Below, piece after piece: positions 1-17,100 of a stretch of DNA of 64,000 nucleotides. Location of the stretch: assembly GCF_000737315.1 (NCBI RefSeq), contig NZ_JMCB01000004.1, forward strand, positions 1-64,000, given 5' to 3'. This stretch comes from Hyalangium minutum (GTDB lineage Bacteria > Myxococcota > Myxococcia > Myxococcales > Myxococcaceae). The first letter of the stretch is position 1. Every line of letters begins with the position of its first letter. A program made the position numbers and the translations under genes. Under the pieces are notes generated by a model. The model ran no database searches, was not told where the DNA came from, and worked only from the letters and a program-made list of their open reading frames with translations.

Positions 1-4086
<4,086 letters not shown>

Positions 4087-4101
4087 CACAAGGAGCCCTC
4101 C

Positions 4102-7100
4102 GTGTCTGGGAATCAACCGACGAATCCTCCCTCGATGGCGCCGCTCGATCAGGCGCTGCTTGCGCTGAAGAAGGCGAACGCGAAGCTCTCCGCCGCCGAG
4201 CGCGAGAAGTCCGAGCCCATCGCCATCGTGGGCTTGTCCTGCCGCTTCCCCGGCGGCGCCAACGACCCGGAGTCCTTCTGGCGCCTGCTCGAGTCCGGCA
4301 CGGACGCCGTCCGCGAGATCCCGCCCGAGCGCTGGGAGCGCGATCCGGCCTTTCCCGAGCCCCTGGCCTCCTGGGCCGGGCTGCTCGACTCGGTGGACGG
4401 CTTCGACGCCCCGTTCTTCGGCATCTCCCCGCGCGAGGCCGCTCGCCTCGATCCGCAGCAGCGCCTGCTGATGGAGGTGAGCTGGGAGGCGATCGAGTCC
4501 GCCGGCTATGCCCCGTCCAGCCTCAGCGGCAGCCGCACGGGCGTGTACGTGGGGATCTGCTCGCTCGATTACCAGCGCCAGCTCCTGGGGAGAGACCCGT
4601 CGGAGGTGGACGCCTACGTCGTCACCGGGAACATGGTCAGCGTGGCGGCGGGCCGGCTCTCGTACGTGCTGGGCCTGCAGGGCCCGTGCATGTCCATCGA
4701 CACGGCCTGCTCGTCCTCGCTCGTCTCGGTCCATCTCGCGTGCCAGAGCCTGCGCGGACGCGAGAGCGATCTGGCGCTTGCGGGCGGCGTGAACCTCATC
4801 CTCTCTCCCGCGAGCATGTTCCTCCTGGGGCGCACCCAGGCCCTGGCGCCCGACGGACGCTGCAAGTCCTTCGATGCTCGCGCCAACGGCTACGCCCGTG
4901 GCGAGGGCTGCGGCATGCTCGTGCTCAAGCGGCTCTCGGATGCCGAGCGCGACGGAGATCCCATCTGGGCCGTCATCCGAGGCTCGGCGATCAACCAGGA
5001 TGGACGCTCCACGGGCCTCACGGCCCCCAACGTGCTCTCGCAGCAGGCGCTCCTGCGCAAGGCGTTGGAGAGCGCTCGCGTGAAGCCCGAGCAGATCGGC
5101 TACGTGGAGGCCCACGGCACGGGCACCTCGCTCGGAGATCCCATCGAGCTGGAGGCGCTCAAGTCGGTGCTGGGGACGCCCCGGGCGGATGGCTCGACGT
5201 GTGCCATTGGCTCAGTGAAGACCAACATCGGTCACCTCGAGGCCGCAGCGGGGGTCGCGGGTCTCATCAAGGTGGTGCTCGCCTTCCAGCACGAGGCCAT
5301 TCCGCGCCAACTGCACTTCCAGGCCCTCAACCCGCGCATCTCTCTCGAGGGAACGCCGTTCAAGATCGCCTCCTCGCCTCAGCCGTGGAAGGCGGGCGCC
5401 AACCCGCGCTTTGCGGGGGTGAGCTCGTTTGGCATGAGTGGCACCAACGCTCACGTTCTCCTGGAGGAGGCACCCCGGAACCCGGCGGCGCGGACGGTCT
5501 CCCCCATCGAGCGCAAGCACCACCTGCTGACGCTCTCGGCGATGTCCGACGGGGCGCTGCGCAGCCAGGCCACGCGGGTGGCGGAGCACCTGGCGGGCTC
5601 GCGCGGAGAGAACCTGGGCGACGTGTGCTTCACGTCCCATGCGGGACGGACCCACTTCGCCCAGCGCGCGGCCTTCGTGGCGGAGACGGTCGAAGAGCTG
5701 CGTGAGCAACTGCGGTCATGGGGCGCGGAGGGCGGAACCGGTGTCACCGGGAGCCTGCCCGCCGCTTCGCGCCGCCCGAAGGTGGCCTTCCTGTTCACAG
5801 GGCAGGGCTCACAGTACGCGGGCATGGGCCGGGGGTTGTATGAGACGGAGCCCGTCTTCCGGGAGGCGCTGGATCGCTGCGCGGCGCTGCTGAAGAAGGA
5901 GCTGCCGCATCCACTCCTGGACGTGATGTGGGGCACCCATACCGCAGAGCTGGATCAGACGCGGTACACCCAGCCCGCCCTCTTCGCGCTGGAGTACGCG
6001 CTCTGCGAGCTGTGGCGCTCCTGGGGCGTGGAGCCGGATGTCGTCATCGGCCACAGCGTGGGCGAGTACGCGGCGGCGTGCGCGGCGGGGGTGACGTCCC
6101 TGGAGGACGCCGCCCGATTGATCGCCGTACGGGCGCGGATGATGCAGGCGCTCGAGGCCGAAGGAGCGATGCTGGCCGTGCAGGCGGAGCCCGCGCTCGT
6201 GGAGCCGCTGCTGGCCCGCCTGGGCAGGGAGATCTCCATCGCGGCGATCAACGGGCCGCAGAGCCTGGTGCTGTCGGGGCGCCGTGCGCTGGTGGACGAG
6301 GCCGCGAAGGCGCTGGCCGCGGATGGCGTGAAGGTCAAACCGTTGAACGTCTCGCATGCGTTCCACTCGGACCTGATGGAGCCCATGTTGGATGCCTTCG
6401 AGCGCGAGGCCTCCCAGGTGAAGTTCCGCGCGCCGAGCCTGGCCTGGGTCACCAACCTGACGGGGGCCCGGGCGGAGGCGGACTTTGGCGGCGCCGCCTA
6501 TTGGCGCCGGCAGATCCGCGAGCCGGTGCGGTTCGTCGATTGCGTGCGCGCGGCCAGCGAGCAGGGCTGTGAGCTGTGGATCGAGATCGGGCCGAACCCG
6601 GTCCTGTTGGGCTCGGTCTCGGCCATCGCCAGTGAGGCCACCTCCATTCCCTCGCTGCGCAAGGGGCAGGAAGAGGGGCGGGTCCTCATGCAGGCCGTCG
6701 CGCAGCTCTACGCGCGAGGCGTGAAGCTCGACTGGCAGGCCTTCGACAAGCCCTTCGCCCGGCGCCGGGTCGTCCTGCCCACCTATCCCTTCGATCGCCA
6801 GCGGCACTGGATGCAGGCGGCCCCGTTGCCGTCCACAGCCGTTGCACGGCCCGCTTCCGCTCATCCCCTGCTGGGCGAGAGGCTCGTGCTGCCCGGGCGC
6901 GAGGTCCACTTCGCCCATCGGCTGAGCCCCGAGTCTCCGTCCTACCTCGGGGAACATCGCATCTTCGGGGAGGTGGTGGTCCCGGCCGCCTTCTACGTGT
7001 CCGCCTTCCTCGCCGCGGCCGAGCGCGCGAGTGGTGCGCGAGGGCTTGAGGACGTGGTGTTCGCACGTGCCCTCACCCTCGCGTCGGAGCAGCGGGTCGA

Positions 7101-10100
7101 CATCTCGGTGGCCCCGAGGGAAGGCGGCGGAGCCCGCATCGAGCTGGCCAGCGTGAGCGGCGATGAAGCCTCGCCGCAGTGGACATCGCATGCCTCCGCC
7201 GTGGCCTCCCTGGATCAGAAGGGGGTCGCGGCCGTGTCGGATGTGGACGGGCTGCGCACCCGGTGTGCCCAGGAGGCCGTGCCCTCCGAGGCCCTGGCCG
7301 GAGTGTGGGGCGCGTCCGGCGCTCATGAGCCCGCGAGCATGTCGCTCGGGCCGTCCTTCCGTTGGATCTCGGCGTTGTGGCGGGGGCCGTCCGAGGCCCT
7401 GGCTCGGCTGGAGCAGCCCGCGTCGCTGGCTGTGGATCCAGGAGTGCCTCCGACGCTGATCGACAGTTGCTTCCAGCTCATGGGGGCCTCGTTGAGCGGC
7501 GCGGATCTGGGGAACGCGTACATGCCGCTCAGCATCGAGCGTGTGCGAGTCCACGGGCCTGCCGACGGAGCGCTCTGGTGCCATGCCTCCACCCAGGTGA
7601 CGGCTGGGGGCGCGTTCGTTCGTGGCGATGTGCAGGTGCTCGATGCGTCGGGCCGGAAGGTGCTCGAGCTCAGCGGGGTCCGGCTGAAGAAGGTCGCGCG
7701 GGAGGAGCTGCTCCTGCTGAAGGAGACGTGGAACGAGTGGCTCTACGAGGTGAAGTGGCAGGCCCGTGAGCTTCCTCCCGCTTCGGGAGCGGATCTCTCG
7801 GCATCCGCGCCGTGGGTCTTCTGCCTGGACCGGCGTGGGCTCGGTGAGCGGCTCGCGGCCGAGGTGCAGCGGCGGGGTGGGCGTGCCGTGCGGCTCATCT
7901 CGGGCAATGCGTGGCGCCAAGTGGCTCCCGATATCTATGAAGTGAACCCGGGCAGCGCCGAGGAGATCCGGCAAGCGATCTCCCATGCGCTGGGTGAGGA
8001 GGCCTCCGTCGCGTATGTCGTCTCGCTGTTCGCGCTCGATGAGGGCGGGCCGGTCGAGGTGACGGCGCGCGCGCTGGCCACCACACAGGCGCTGTCGGGA
8101 GTGCGGTGGAAGCGGGCACCGCGCCTGTGGTGGCTCACGGAGGGTGCGCAAGCGGTCGGTGCCAGCAGCCATGCGGTGTCGATCTCCCAGGCGGGTCTCT
8201 GGGGGCTTGGCCGCAACGTCGCCGCGGAGCTGAACGAGCTCTGGGGTGGCGTGATCGATCTGGAGCCCACGAGCCGTCCCGAGCAGGTCCTGCGGGTGCT
8301 CGATCTGGTGGGCGGGGAGGAGGACCAGCTCGCGCTGCGCGGCGACGCCGTCCTGGCCCCGCGGATGGAGCGCTACCGGCAGGCCCGGGGCGCTCAGCGT
8401 GTCGCGATCAAGCCGGACGCGACCTATGTCATCAGCGGTGGCCTTGGAGGCATCGGCTGGCGCCTGGCGCGTGCGTGGATCCAGCAGGGGGCCCGTTCGC
8501 TCGTGCTGCTCGGTCGCTCGGCTCCGTCCGAGGCGGTGCGAGCGGAGCTGGCGAGCTACGAGCAGCGCGGCCTTCGCGTGCGTGCGGTCCAGGTGGACGT
8601 GTCTGACCGGGAGGCTCTGGCGCGCACCTGGAGCGAGCTCGAGGCCTCCATGCCCCCTGTCGCGGGCGTGGCGCATGCCGCGGGCGTGCTGAGCGACGCC
8701 GCGCTGGTGAAGCAATCCGAAGAGCACCTCCGAGCCACCTTCGCGCCCAAGGTCCTCGGAGCGCTGAACCTGCATGGACTGACGGCGGAGAGGAAGCTGG
8801 ACTTCTTCATCCTCTTCTCCTCGCTGGCATCGGTTGTCGGCTCTCCCGGCCAGGCCAACTATGCCGCCGCCAATGCGTGCCTGGACGCGCTCGCGCAGGA
8901 GCGCCGGAGGCTTGGACTCCCGGCGTTGAGTATCGGCTGGGGCCCGTGGGGAGAGGTGGGCATGGCAGTCTCCCATCAGCGCTCCCTCTCCGTGCGAGGC
9001 ATCACTCCGCTTCCGCCCGAGGCGGCGCTGGAGGCGCTCGGCGCTTGTCTCCAGGAGGAGCGCGCGCGGCTGGTCATCGCCGCCGTGAACTGGACGACCT
9101 TGAGTGCCCTCCTGCCCGTCAAAGGGCGCTCGCTGCTCGCTGCCTGGGCCCCGAAGGAGCGTCCCGCGTCCACCGAGCCCGCGGGACAGTTCGTGCAGAA
9201 GCTCTTGGCTGCGCCTGCCCGGCAGCGCCGGGACCTGCTCCAGACGTTCCTCACGACAGAGGTGCGCCGGGTGCTGGGACTCGCGAAGGGCACTCGCATC
9301 GATCCGGGCCAGAGCTTCTTCGACATGGGGTTCGACTCGCTGATGGCGGTCGAACTGCGCACCGCGCTCCAGCAGGCGCTGGGGAAGAGTCTCCCCGCCT
9401 CGCTCGCGTTCGAGCACCCGAACCTCGAGGCCCTCACGACCGCCTTGCTTGCGGATCTGGGGCCAGGTCCGGAGGCAGAAGCCCCGGCGGCCACTTCCGC
9501 CGAGCCCGTGCAGCCAGCCCCTCAGACTCCCGAGGTGCGCACGGATGACGATGCGATCCAGGCAGTCCTCGCGGGCAGGCTGCCAGCCGCTGCACTGCCG
9601 CCCGTGAGGCTGGCCTCTCTCGCCACGCAGGTGCGCGCTTCCCGGCGCGAGCTGCCACTGCTTGCCGCGGAGCCCATTGCCATCGTCGGCATGGGGTGCC
9701 GCTTCCCTGGCGGGGCTCGCAACCCTGAGCAGTTCTGGCGCCTGCTGCGTGACGGCATCGAGGGAATCCAGGAGGTCCCCGCCGAGCGCTGGGACAAGGA
9801 GGCCTGGTACGACCCTGATCCCGAGGCGCCCGGGAAGATGCGGACCCGCCGAGGCGGCTTCCTGGATGGGGCGGCGGAGTTCGACGCGGGCTTCTTCGGC
9901 ATCTCGCCACGTGAGGCGAAGTGCATGGACCCGCAGCACCGGCTCCTGCTGGAGGTCGCCTGGGAGTCCCTGGAGGACGCTGGCCAGCCGCCCGCGCGCT
10001 TCACGGGCAGCAAGACGGGCGTCTTCATGGGCTTCCTCAACAACGACTACCTCGGCGCGGGAGACATGGCCGAGCTGGAGGGCCACTTCGCCACGGGTAA

Positions 10101-13100
10101 CGGCTTCAGCAACGCCGTCGGGCGCCTCTCGTACGTGCTCGGTCTCCACGGCCCGTCGGTGGCGCTGGATACGGCGTGCTCCTCCTCGCTCGTGGCCATC
10201 CACCTGGCCAGCCAGAGCCTGCGCCAGCGCGAGTGCGACATGGCGCTCGCGGGCGGCGTCAACCTCATCCTCGCTCCGGGCCTCTCGGTGATGATGTCGA
10301 AGCTTGGCGCGCTGGCTCCGGATGGAAAGTGTAAGACGTTCGATGCGTCGGCGGACGGGTACGTGCGCGGTGATGGCTGCGGCGTGCTCGTGCTCAAGCG
10401 GCTGTCGGACGCGCTACGGGATCGGGATCGCGTCGTCGCCGTCGTGCGCGGCTCCGCGGTGAACCACGGTGGCCGGGGAGGTGGCTTCAGCCAGCCGAAC
10501 GTGCATGCCCAGCAGATGCTGCTCCGCGAGGCACTGGCGACGAGCCAGACTCTGCCTTCCCAGGTGAGCTACCTCGAAGCGCACGGCACCGGAACGCCGC
10601 TGGGCGACCCGATCGAGGTGCGCGCGGCGACCGCGGTGCTCTCCGCCGGGCGCACGGCCGAGGCGCCGCTGATGATCGGCTCGGTGAAGACGAACCTGGG
10701 CCACCTGGAGGCGGCTGCGGGTGTGGCGGGAGTGATCAAGGTGGCCCTGGCGCTCCAGCACCAGGAGATCCCTCCTCATCTGAACTTCAAGTCTCTCAGC
10801 CCGCACATCAACCTGGACGCCATTCCTGCGAAGATCCCCACCACGCTCCTCCCCTGGCAGCCCCTGCAGGGCCGGCGGATCGCGGGGGTCAGCGCGTTCG
10901 GTCTGGCAGGCACCAACGCGCATGTCATCCTGGAAGAGGCGCCGGGCCCGGCGGAGCTGGGAATCGAGGAGCCGGCCAAGGCTCCAGAGGGAGCGCGAGA
11001 GGAGTTGCTCGTTCTGTCGGCGCGCTCCGAGCCCGCCCTGGCGGCGTTCGTGACGGCCTATGCGGAGCATCTGCGCGCCTCGGACCTACCGCTGAAGGAC
11101 GTGGCGGGAATGGCCGCCACCCGCCGTGCCCATCATGAGCACCGGCTCGCGGTGATGGGCGGTACCAAGGCGGAGGTGCTGGAGGCCTTGGAGTCCTTCC
11201 GCCAGAGAGGCAGTCACCCGAGCGCCATTGCCGGAGCGAGCGAAGGAGGATCGCGCCCGCGAACCGTCTTCGTGTTCCCGGGACAGGGCTCGCAGTGGCT
11301 GGGCATGGGGCGAGAGCTGCTCGCTCGCGAGCCTGACTTCCGCCGGGTGCTGGAGCAGTGCGACGAGGCCATGCGGCCGCACACGGACTGGCGGCTGCTC
11401 GAGGCGTTCCAGGCCGCCGAGGCGCCCCAGCGCATCGACATGGTGCAGCCGATGCTGTTCGCCATGTCGGTGGGGCTGGGCGCGCTGTGGCGCGCGTGGG
11501 GCATCGAGCCGGACGCGGTGGTGGGGCACAGCATGGGCGAGGTGGCTGCGGCGTGTGTGGCCGGAGCGCTGAGCCTGGAGGATGCGGCACGCATCATCTG
11601 CCTCCGGAGCCGGCTGATGCGCGAGGTCTCTGGGCGTGGGGCGATGGCGATGGTGGAGCTGGGCGCTCGCGAGCTGCGCGAGTGGCTGGAGCCCTTCGGC
11701 GGAGCCCTGTCTCTGGCGGTCTGCAACAGCCCCCGCTCGTCCGTGGTGGCAGGGGACTCGCAGGCCCTGGAGTCGCTGCTCGCGAAGCTGGAGGCCGCGA
11801 AGATCTTCTGCCGGCGCGTGAAGGTGGACGTGGCCTCTCACAGCGCGCAAGTGGACCCTCTCCGAGAGCCGCTGCTGCGCGCGCTGGAAGGGATCCAGCC
11901 GCGCGCGGGGACAGTGCCTCTCTGGTCCACGGTGACGGGCCAGGTAGTGGAGGGCTCGGAGCTGGTGCCCGAGTACTGGGTGCGAAACCTGCGCGAGCCT
12001 GTCCAGTTCGCTCAAGTCATCCAGGCCCTCGTGGAGGCGGAGCACTCGCTGTTCCTCGAGCTCAGCCCTCACCCCATCCTGGTGCCGTCCATTGAGCAGA
12101 CCGTGGAGCACGTGGGGGAGGGCCGGGCCTGGGCTGTCGGGAGCCTGCAGCGAGAGAAGCCCGAGCGTATGGCGATGCTGCGTGGTCTGGGGGCCCTGTA
12201 CACCCGCGGGTATCCGGTGGACTTCCGCTCATTGTACCCCGACAGCCGGTGCGTGCCGCTGCCGACCTACCCGTTCCAGCGGCAGCGCTACTGGCTGGAG
12301 CTGGCTCCTGGACCCGAGCGCCGAGGCGCCGCAGCCTCTGCGGCGGCAGGGCGTCCGCGGGAGAAAGAGCCGCTCGCGAACATCCTCTATGAAGTGGCAT
12401 GGCCGGAAGTCGCGGCCTCCAAGCCCCAGCGTGAGGCGGGCCATGACCGATTCCTCATCCTTGCGGATCAGGCAGGGTTCGGGCAGCGGTTGTCTCGGGA
12501 ACTCGAGTCGCGTGGCCACTCCTGCGTCGTGGTGCCTGCCAACGGCGCCAACATGGAGCAGGGAATGCTGGCCGTGTTCCAGGGCGGAGCGATGTTCCGC
12601 GCGTGCATTCACCTGGGGAGCCTCGACTTCGCTCCAGGTAGCAGTGGGGAAGCACCGCCCTCCGGAGCGGCTGTCCTGATGGACTCCATCCTGCGCTCCC
12701 TCGCCGTGCTCGTGCGCCGGGGCTCGACGCCGCTTTGGCTCGTGACCCGGGGTGCCCAGCGCCTGGGGACCGCTGGGATCTCACTGGCGCAGTCACCCGT
12801 CTGGGGCCTGGGCCGGACGATCGCGGTCGAGCACGCGGCGCTGTGGGGCGGCCTGGTGGACCTGGATCCCTCCGAGCCAGTGGGAGATGTGGCGCTGCTG
12901 GCGGACGCGCTGACCCAGCAGGACGGCGAGAGGCAGATCGCGTTCCGGCATTCGACCCGCCGGGTGGCACGCGTCACGGCTTCTCCCGTAGGGGAGGACA
13001 CGCTGCTGCCCAGCATCCAGGGAGATCGCACTTATTGGATCACCGGGGGGCTGGCGGGACTGGGAGGCGAAGCCGCGGCCTGGCTCGTCGAGCAAGGCGC

Positions 13101-14148
13101 TCGGCATCTGCTCGTGAGCGGGGCTCCAGACGCGGAGAGCGCTGAGCGCCTCCGGGAGTTGGGGGCCAAGGGGGCATCGATCTCCTTTGATGCGACCTCC
13201 CTGCATGACGGGAGCGCCTGGGCGCGCATCCTCGATGGACTCCGGGTGCCGCTCGCGGGTGTGCTGCACCTCCTGCCTCCCGGAGGGGCCCCGACACCCC
13301 TGGGGCAGCCAGGCTCCGAGGCGCTCGTAGCACCGTTCCGCGCGGCGGCCCTGAGTGCCTGGGGCGTGCACGAGGCGACGCGGGGCAGGAGCCTCGACTT
13401 CCTGCTGCTCTGCTCGCCTGCGATCTCGCTCTTGGGAGGGGTGGGCCAGGGCCCCACGGCGGCTGCCAGCCAGTTCCTCGAAGGGCTCGCGGCACTCAGG
13501 CGCGACGAGGCCCTGCCCACCACCAGCATCCTCGTGGCCGCGTGGCCGGGAGAGGAGGTAGGGCCGCTGAAGGCACTCGGGATCACCCCGCTCACCGCGG
13601 GACAGCTCCTCGCGTCCTCCAGCCGGGCTCTGTCCGCGGGCTTCACCAGCCGCATGGCCGCGTCGATCGACTGGTCCTCCTTCCGTCCCGTCTACGAGGC
13701 GCGCGGGGATCGCCAGCTCCTGGAGCGTGTGGGAGTGGATGACACGCAAGCCAGCGCTGGCGCGGCGGAGTGGCGCAAGCAACTCGCGGCACTGCCGCCC
13801 GAAGCCGCGCGCAAGCGGGTGACCGAGACCGTGGTGGCCTACGTCACCGAGGCGCTCGGGCTCCCCGCGGATCAGCCCTTGGGGCTCACGCGTCGCTTCG
13901 CAGATCTGGGAATGGACTCGGTGATGGCGGTGCGGCTGATGACGAAGCTCGGGAAGACCCTGGGCGAACGGTTACCCACGGTGCTCGCCTTCGAGCACCC
14001 GACGGCGGCGGCGCTGGCGAATCACCTCTCCGAGAACGTGCTCCACATCCGGGAGGAGGAGCGCGTGGTGCAGGCCGGGGACGATGATGACGCATCCGAA
14101 GACGAGCTGGCCGAGCTCCTGGCGGCGAAGCTGCAGAAGCTGGGATGA
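4102..14148 (+). CDS. Bimodular type I PKS: KS-AT(malonyl)-DH-KR-ACP / KS-AT(methylmalonyl-type)-KR0-ACP
   Basis: GTG start after AAGGAG. Both KS have DTACSSS, HGTGT and [10 protein letters not shown]1 GHSVG/HAFH; [12 protein letters not shown]; KR1 [19 protein letters not shown]; ACP GFDSLM. AT2 RIDMVQP/GHSMG/VASH; KR2 lacks the catalytic Tyr (GQGPTAAAS); ACP GMDSVM. Confidence 0.95.
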   Translation: MSGNQPTNPPSMAPLDQALLALKKANAKLSAAEREKSEPIAIVGLSCRFPGGANDPESFWRLLESGTDAVREIPPERWERDPAFPEPLASWAGLLDSVDGFDAPFFGISPREAARLDPQQRLLMEVSWEAIESAGYAPSSLSGSRTGVYVGICSLDYQRQLLGRDPSEVDAYVVTGNMVSVAAGRLSYVLGLQGPCMSIDTACSSSLVSVHLACQSLRGRESDLALAGGVNLILSPASMFLLGRTQALAPDGRCKSFDARANGYARGEGCGMLVLKRLSDAERDGDPIWAVIRGSAINQDGRSTGLTAPNVLSQQALLRKALESARVKPEQIGYVEAHGTGTSLGDPIELEALKSVLGTPRADGSTCAIGSVKTNIGHLEAAAGVAGLIKVVLAFQHEAIPRQLHFQALNPRISLEGTPFKIASSPQPWKAGANPRFAGVSSFGMSGTNAHVLLEEAPRNPAARTVSPIERKHHLLTLSAMSDGALRSQATRVAEHLAGSRGENLGDVCFTSHAGRTHFAQRAAFVAETVEELREQLRSWGAEGGTGVTGSLPAASRRPKVAFLFTGQGSQYAGMGRGLYETEPVFREALDRCAALLKKELPHPLLDVMWGTHTAELDQTRYTQPALFALEYALCELWRSWGVEPDVVIGHSVGEYAAACAAGVTSLEDAARLIAVRARMMQALEAEGAMLAVQAEPALVEPLLARLGREISIAAINGPQSLVLSGRRALVDEAAKALAADGVKVKPLNVSHAFHSDLMEPMLDAFEREASQVKFRAPSLAWVTNLTGARAEADFGGAAYWRRQIREPVRFVDCVRAASEQGCELWIEIGPNPVLLGSVSAIASEATSIPSLRKGQEEGRVLMQAVAQLYARGVKLDWQAFDKPFARRRVVLPTYPFDRQRHWMQAAPLPSTAVARPASAHPLLGERLVLPGREVHFAHRLSPESPSYLGEHRIFGEVVVPAAFYVSAFLAAAERASGARGLEDVVFARALTLASEQRVDISVAPREGGGARIELASVSGDEASPQWTSHASAVASLDQKGVAAVSDVDGLRTRCAQEAVPSEALAGVWGASGAHEPASMSLGPSFRWISALWRGPSEALARLEQPASLAVDPGVPPTLIDSCFQLMGASLSGADLGNAYMPLSIERVRVHGPADGALWCHASTQVTAGGAFVRGDVQVLDASGRKVLELSGVRLKKVAREELLLLKETWNEWLYEVKWQARELPPASGADLSASAPWVFCLDRRGLGERLAAEVQRRGGRAVRLISGNAWRQVAPDIYEVNPGSAEEIRQAISHALGEEASVAYVVSLFALDEGGPVEVTARALATTQALSGVRWKRAPRLWWLTEGAQAVGASSHAVSISQAGLWGLGRNVAAELNELWGGVIDLEPTSRPEQVLRVLDLVGGEEDQLALRGDAVLAPRMERYRQARGAQRVAIKPDATYVISGGLGGIGWRLARAWIQQGARSLVLLGRSAPSEAVRAELASYEQRGLRVRAVQVDVSDREALARTWSELEASMPPVAGVAHAAGVLSDAALVKQSEEHLRATFAPKVLGALNLHGLTAERKLDFFILFSSLASVVGSPGQANYAAANACLDALAQERRRLGLPALSIGWGPWGEVGMAVSHQRSLSVRGITPLPPEAALEALGACLQEERARLVIAAVNWTTLSALLPVKGRSLLAAWAPKERPASTEPAGQFVQKLLAAPARQRRDLLQTFLTTEVRRVLGLAKGTRIDPGQSFFDMGFDSLMAVELRTALQQALGKSLPASLAFEHPNLEALTTALLADLGPGPEAEAPAATSAEPVQPAPQTPEVRTDDDAIQAVLAGRLPAAALPPVRLASLATQVRASRRELPLLAAEPIAIVGMGCRFPGGARNPEQFWRLLRDGIEGIQEVPAERWDKEAWYDPDPEAPGKMRTRRGGFLDGAAEFDAGFFGISPREAKCMDPQHRLLLEVAWESLEDAGQPPARFTGSKTGVFMGFLNNDYLGAGDMAELEGHFATGNGFSNAVGRLSYVLGLHGPSVALDTACSSSLVAIHLASQSLRQRECDMALAGGVNLILAPGLSVMMSKLGALAPDGKCKTFDASADGYVRGDGCGVLVLKRLSDALRDRDRVVAVVRGSAVNHGGRGGGFSQPNVHAQQMLLREALATSQTLPSQVSYLEAHGTGTPLGDPIEVRAATAVLSAGRTAEAPLMIGSVKTNLGHLEAAAGVAGVIKVALALQHQEIPPHLNFKSLSPHINLDAIPAKIPTTLLPWQPLQGRRIAGVSAFGLAGTNAHVILEEAPGPAELGIEEPAKAPEGAREELLVLSARSEPALAAFVTAYAEHLRASDLPLKDVAGMAATRRAHHEHRLAVMGGTKAEVLEALESFRQRGSHPSAIAGASEGGSRPRTVFVFPGQGSQWLGMGRELLAREPDFRRVLEQCDEAMRPHTDWRLLEAFQAAEAPQRIDMVQPMLFAMSVGLGALWRAWGIEPDAVVGHSMGEVAAACVAGALSLEDAARIICLRSRLMREVSGRGAMAMVELGARELREWLEPFGGALSLAVCNSPRSSVVAGDSQALESLLAKLEAAKIFCRRVKVDVASHSAQVDPLREPLLRALEGIQPRAGTVPLWSTVTGQVVEGSELVPEYWVRNLREPVQFAQVIQALVEAEHSLFLELSPHPILVPSIEQTVEHVGEGRAWAVGSLQREKPERMAMLRGLGALYTRGYPVDFRSLYPDSRCVPLPTYPFQRQRYWLELAPGPERRGAAASAAAGRPREKEPLANILYEVAWPEVAASKPQREAGHDRFLILADQAGFGQRLSRELESRGHSCVVVPANGANMEQGMLAVFQGGAMFRACIHLGSLDFAPGSSGEAPPSGAAVLMDSILRSLAVLVRRGSTPLWLVTRGAQRLGTAGISLAQSPVWGLGRTIAVEHAALWGGLVDLDPSEPVGDVALLADALTQQDGERQIAFRHSTRRVARVTASPVGEDTLLPSIQGDRTYWITGGLAGLGGEAAAWLVEQGARHLLVSGAPDAESAERLRELGAKGASISFDATSLHDGSAWARILDGLRVPLAGVLHLLPPGGAPTPLGQPGSEALVAPFRAAALSAWGVHEATRGRSLDFLLLCSPAISLLGGVGQGPTAAASQFLEGLAALRRDEALPTTSILVAAWPGEEVGPLKALGITPLTAGQLLASSSRALSAGFTSRMAASIDWSSFRPVYEARGDRQLLERVGVDDTQASAGAAEWRKQLAALPPEAARKRVTETVVAYVTEALGLPADQPLGLTRRFADLGMDSVMAVRLMTKLGKTLGERLPTVLAFEHPTAAALANHLSENVLHIREEERVVQAGDDDDASEDELAELLAAKLQKLG

Positions 14149-14166
14149 GGAAGGGAGCGACGAGCC

Positions 14167-17100
14167 ATGAGTGAGGCAAACGCGGCGGAGGCGCGCAAGG
14201 CGCTGCTCCGGCAGGCACTCTCCAAGATCGATGAGCTTCAGACGAAGCTCACGCAGGCGGAGCAGTTCCGTGATGCGCCTATCGCGGTGGTGGGCATCGG
14301 CTGCCGGTTCCCCGGCGCGAACGAGCCGGAGCGCTACTGGCGCAACCTGGCGGAGGGCTTGGACCTGGTCACCGAGGTCCCACCCGACCGCTGGGACAAC
14401 GAGCAGTGGTTCGATCCGGATCCGGACGCACCCGGCAAGACGTACTCGCGCCACGGGGGCTTCCTGGGGAAGGTGGATGGCTTCGACGCGGCCTTCTTCG
14501 GCATCGCGCCGCGCGACGCCGTGCACATGGATCCTCAGCATCGGCTCCTGCTCGAGTGCGCGTGGGAGGCGCTGGAGCGTGCGGGGCTGCCCGCGGATCG
14601 CCTGAGCGGGACGAAGACAGGCGTCTTCGTGGGTATCTCCAGCAGCGACTACGGCATGCTCATCCATGAGCGGGAGCCCATGGAGTCGCTGGACGCGTAC
14701 TTCCTCACGGGCCTCGCTCCGAACTTCGCCGCGGGCCGCACCTCTTATGTGCTGGGACTGCAGGGGCCGGCGATGGCGGTGGACACGGCGTGCTCCTCGT
14801 CGCTGGTCGCGGTGCACCTGGCCTGCCAGAGCCTGCGGGCGGGGGGCTCGGATCTGGCGCTGGCGGCGGGCACCAACCTGATGCTGATGCCCCTCTCGCA
14901 CATCGTGATGTCCAAGGTGCGGGTGCTCTCGGGCACCGGGCGCTGCCGGACGTTCGACACTGCGGCGGACGGGCTCGTGCGCGGCGAGGCCGTGGCGGTC
15001 GTGGTCCTCAAGCGGCTGTCGGATGCGCTGGCTGCGGGCGACAACGTGCTGGCGGTCATTCGGGGCACGGCGGTGAACCAGGACGGGCCCAGCAGCGGAC
15101 TGACTGTGCCCAACAAGCACGCGCAGGAGCGCGTCATCCGCGACGCGCTCGAGAACGCCAAGGTCCAGCCCCACGAGGTGAGCTACGTGGAGGCGCACGG
15201 CACCGGCACCCCGCTGGGGGACCCGATCGAGCTGCGCGCGTTGAGCGCGGTGTACGGGAAGGATCGGCCTGCGGACAGCCCGCTGTACGTCGGCTCGGTG
15301 AAGACGAACATCGGGCACACGGAGCCGTCGGCGGGCATCGCGGGCCTGATCAAGGTCATCCTCTCCTTGCAGAACCGCACGCTTCCGCCGCATCTGCACT
15401 TGCATCAGCGCACGCCTCAGGTGGACTGGAGCGGGCTGGGGATCGATGTGCCGACGCGGCTGACCCCCTGGTCTCGCCCGAAGCTCATCGCGGGAGTGAG
15501 CGCGTTTGGCGCCAGCGGGACGAACGCGCACATCGTGGTGGAAGAAGCGCCGCCCGTGGAGCACGGGTCTCCCAAGCCGGTTCGGCCTGAGCTGCTGGTG
15601 CTCTCGGCACGCGGCGAGCCTGCACTGCGAGCGCTCGCCACCGAGTACATCTCGCACCTCCAGGGAGGCAAAGCGGCCTCGATGGCGGAGCTGGCAGCGG
15701 CGGCGAGCGTGCGCCGCATGCACCACGAGCACCGGCTGGCGGTGGTGGGAGAGACGCACGAGGAGCTGGTGGCGGCGCTCGAGCCGCTGTCTCGCGGAGC
15801 GCCGCATCCGTTCGGGGCCTCGGGCCAGAGCGACAAGGAGACGCGACGCAAGGTGGTCTTCGTCTTCCCCGGGCAGGGCTCGCAGTGGGCGGCCATGGGC
15901 CGGGATCTGCTCGAGCAGGAGCCGGTCTTCCTGCGCGCGGTGGAGCGATGCGCCGAGGCGTTTGCCCCCCACGTGGACTGGTCTCTGCTGGATGAGCTGC
16001 GTTCCGAGCAGCCTTCAGAGCGGATGGATGTCATCCAGCCGGCGCTGTTCGCCATGGAGGTTGGGCTGGCGGCGCTCTGGCGCTCATGGGGCCTGGAGCC
16101 GGACGCGGTGATCGGGCACAGCATGGGAGAGGTGGCAGCCGCGCATGTGGCTGGAGCGCTCAGTCTGGAAGATGCGGCGCGGGTCATCTGCCGCCGCAGC
16201 AAGCTGCTGCGAGAGGTGAGCGGGCAGGGGGCCATGGCGGTGGTCGAGCTGGGGATGAAGGAGGCGCAGGAGCGTCTGCGCGGCCTCGAGGATCGATTGG
16301 CTGTGGCGGTGAGCAATGGCCCACGCTCCACGGTGCTATCCGGGAACGCGGACGCGCTCGAGACGTTGCTGGGGCAGTTGGAGCGGGAGGGGATCTTCTG
16401 CCGCCGTGTGAAGGTGACGGTGGCCTCGCATAGCCCTCAGATGGATCCGCTCCGAGGCCCTCTGCTGGCGGCCCTGGCCGAGCTCAAGCCGCGACAGGGC
16501 GCGGTCCCGCTCTACTCCACGGTGACGGGGGAGGTGAGCCCCGGCACGAGCCTCGACCCCGCGTACTGGGTGAACAACCTGCGTGAGCCCGTGCGCTTCT
16601 GGCACACCATCGAGAAGTTGATGGCAGACGGCCACACGCTGTTCGTGGAGATCAGCCCCCACCCCATCCTGCTCCCCGCGATAGAGCAGATCTTCGCGGA
16701 GCGTGCCACCGCCGCCTACGCCTTTGGCAGCCTCCGGCGAGAGCAGCCCGCCCGCCGCACGTTGCTGAAGTCCCTGGGGGACTTGTACGTGCGAGGTGCG
16801 CCGATCGACTGGACGAAGCTCTACCCGAATGCCCGCGTCGTCCCGCTGCCGACCTATCCGTTCCAGCGGGAGCGCTACTGGGTGGATCCGCCGGCTGCGG
16901 ACGCGCGGCGGGCCCGAGGGGCCTCCATGGGAGGCGCGCTGCTCGGAGAGAGATTCGAGTCAGCGGGGGACAGTCGGCTGCACTCCTGGCGGAGATGGTT
17001 GAGCCTGGGCGATGCCGGCTTCCTGGCGGAGCATCTCGTCCAGGGGCTGCCGATGGTCCCCGCGACGATCTATCCGCTCCTGGTCCTGGAGGCTGCGCGG

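Noticed and set aside
5809-10203. 1464-aa minus-strand ORF and similar long antisense ORFs (313-2466, 13972-15972, 18235-20481)
   Set aside because: Antisense shadows of high-GC PKS genes; no motifs and codon-mirror composition.
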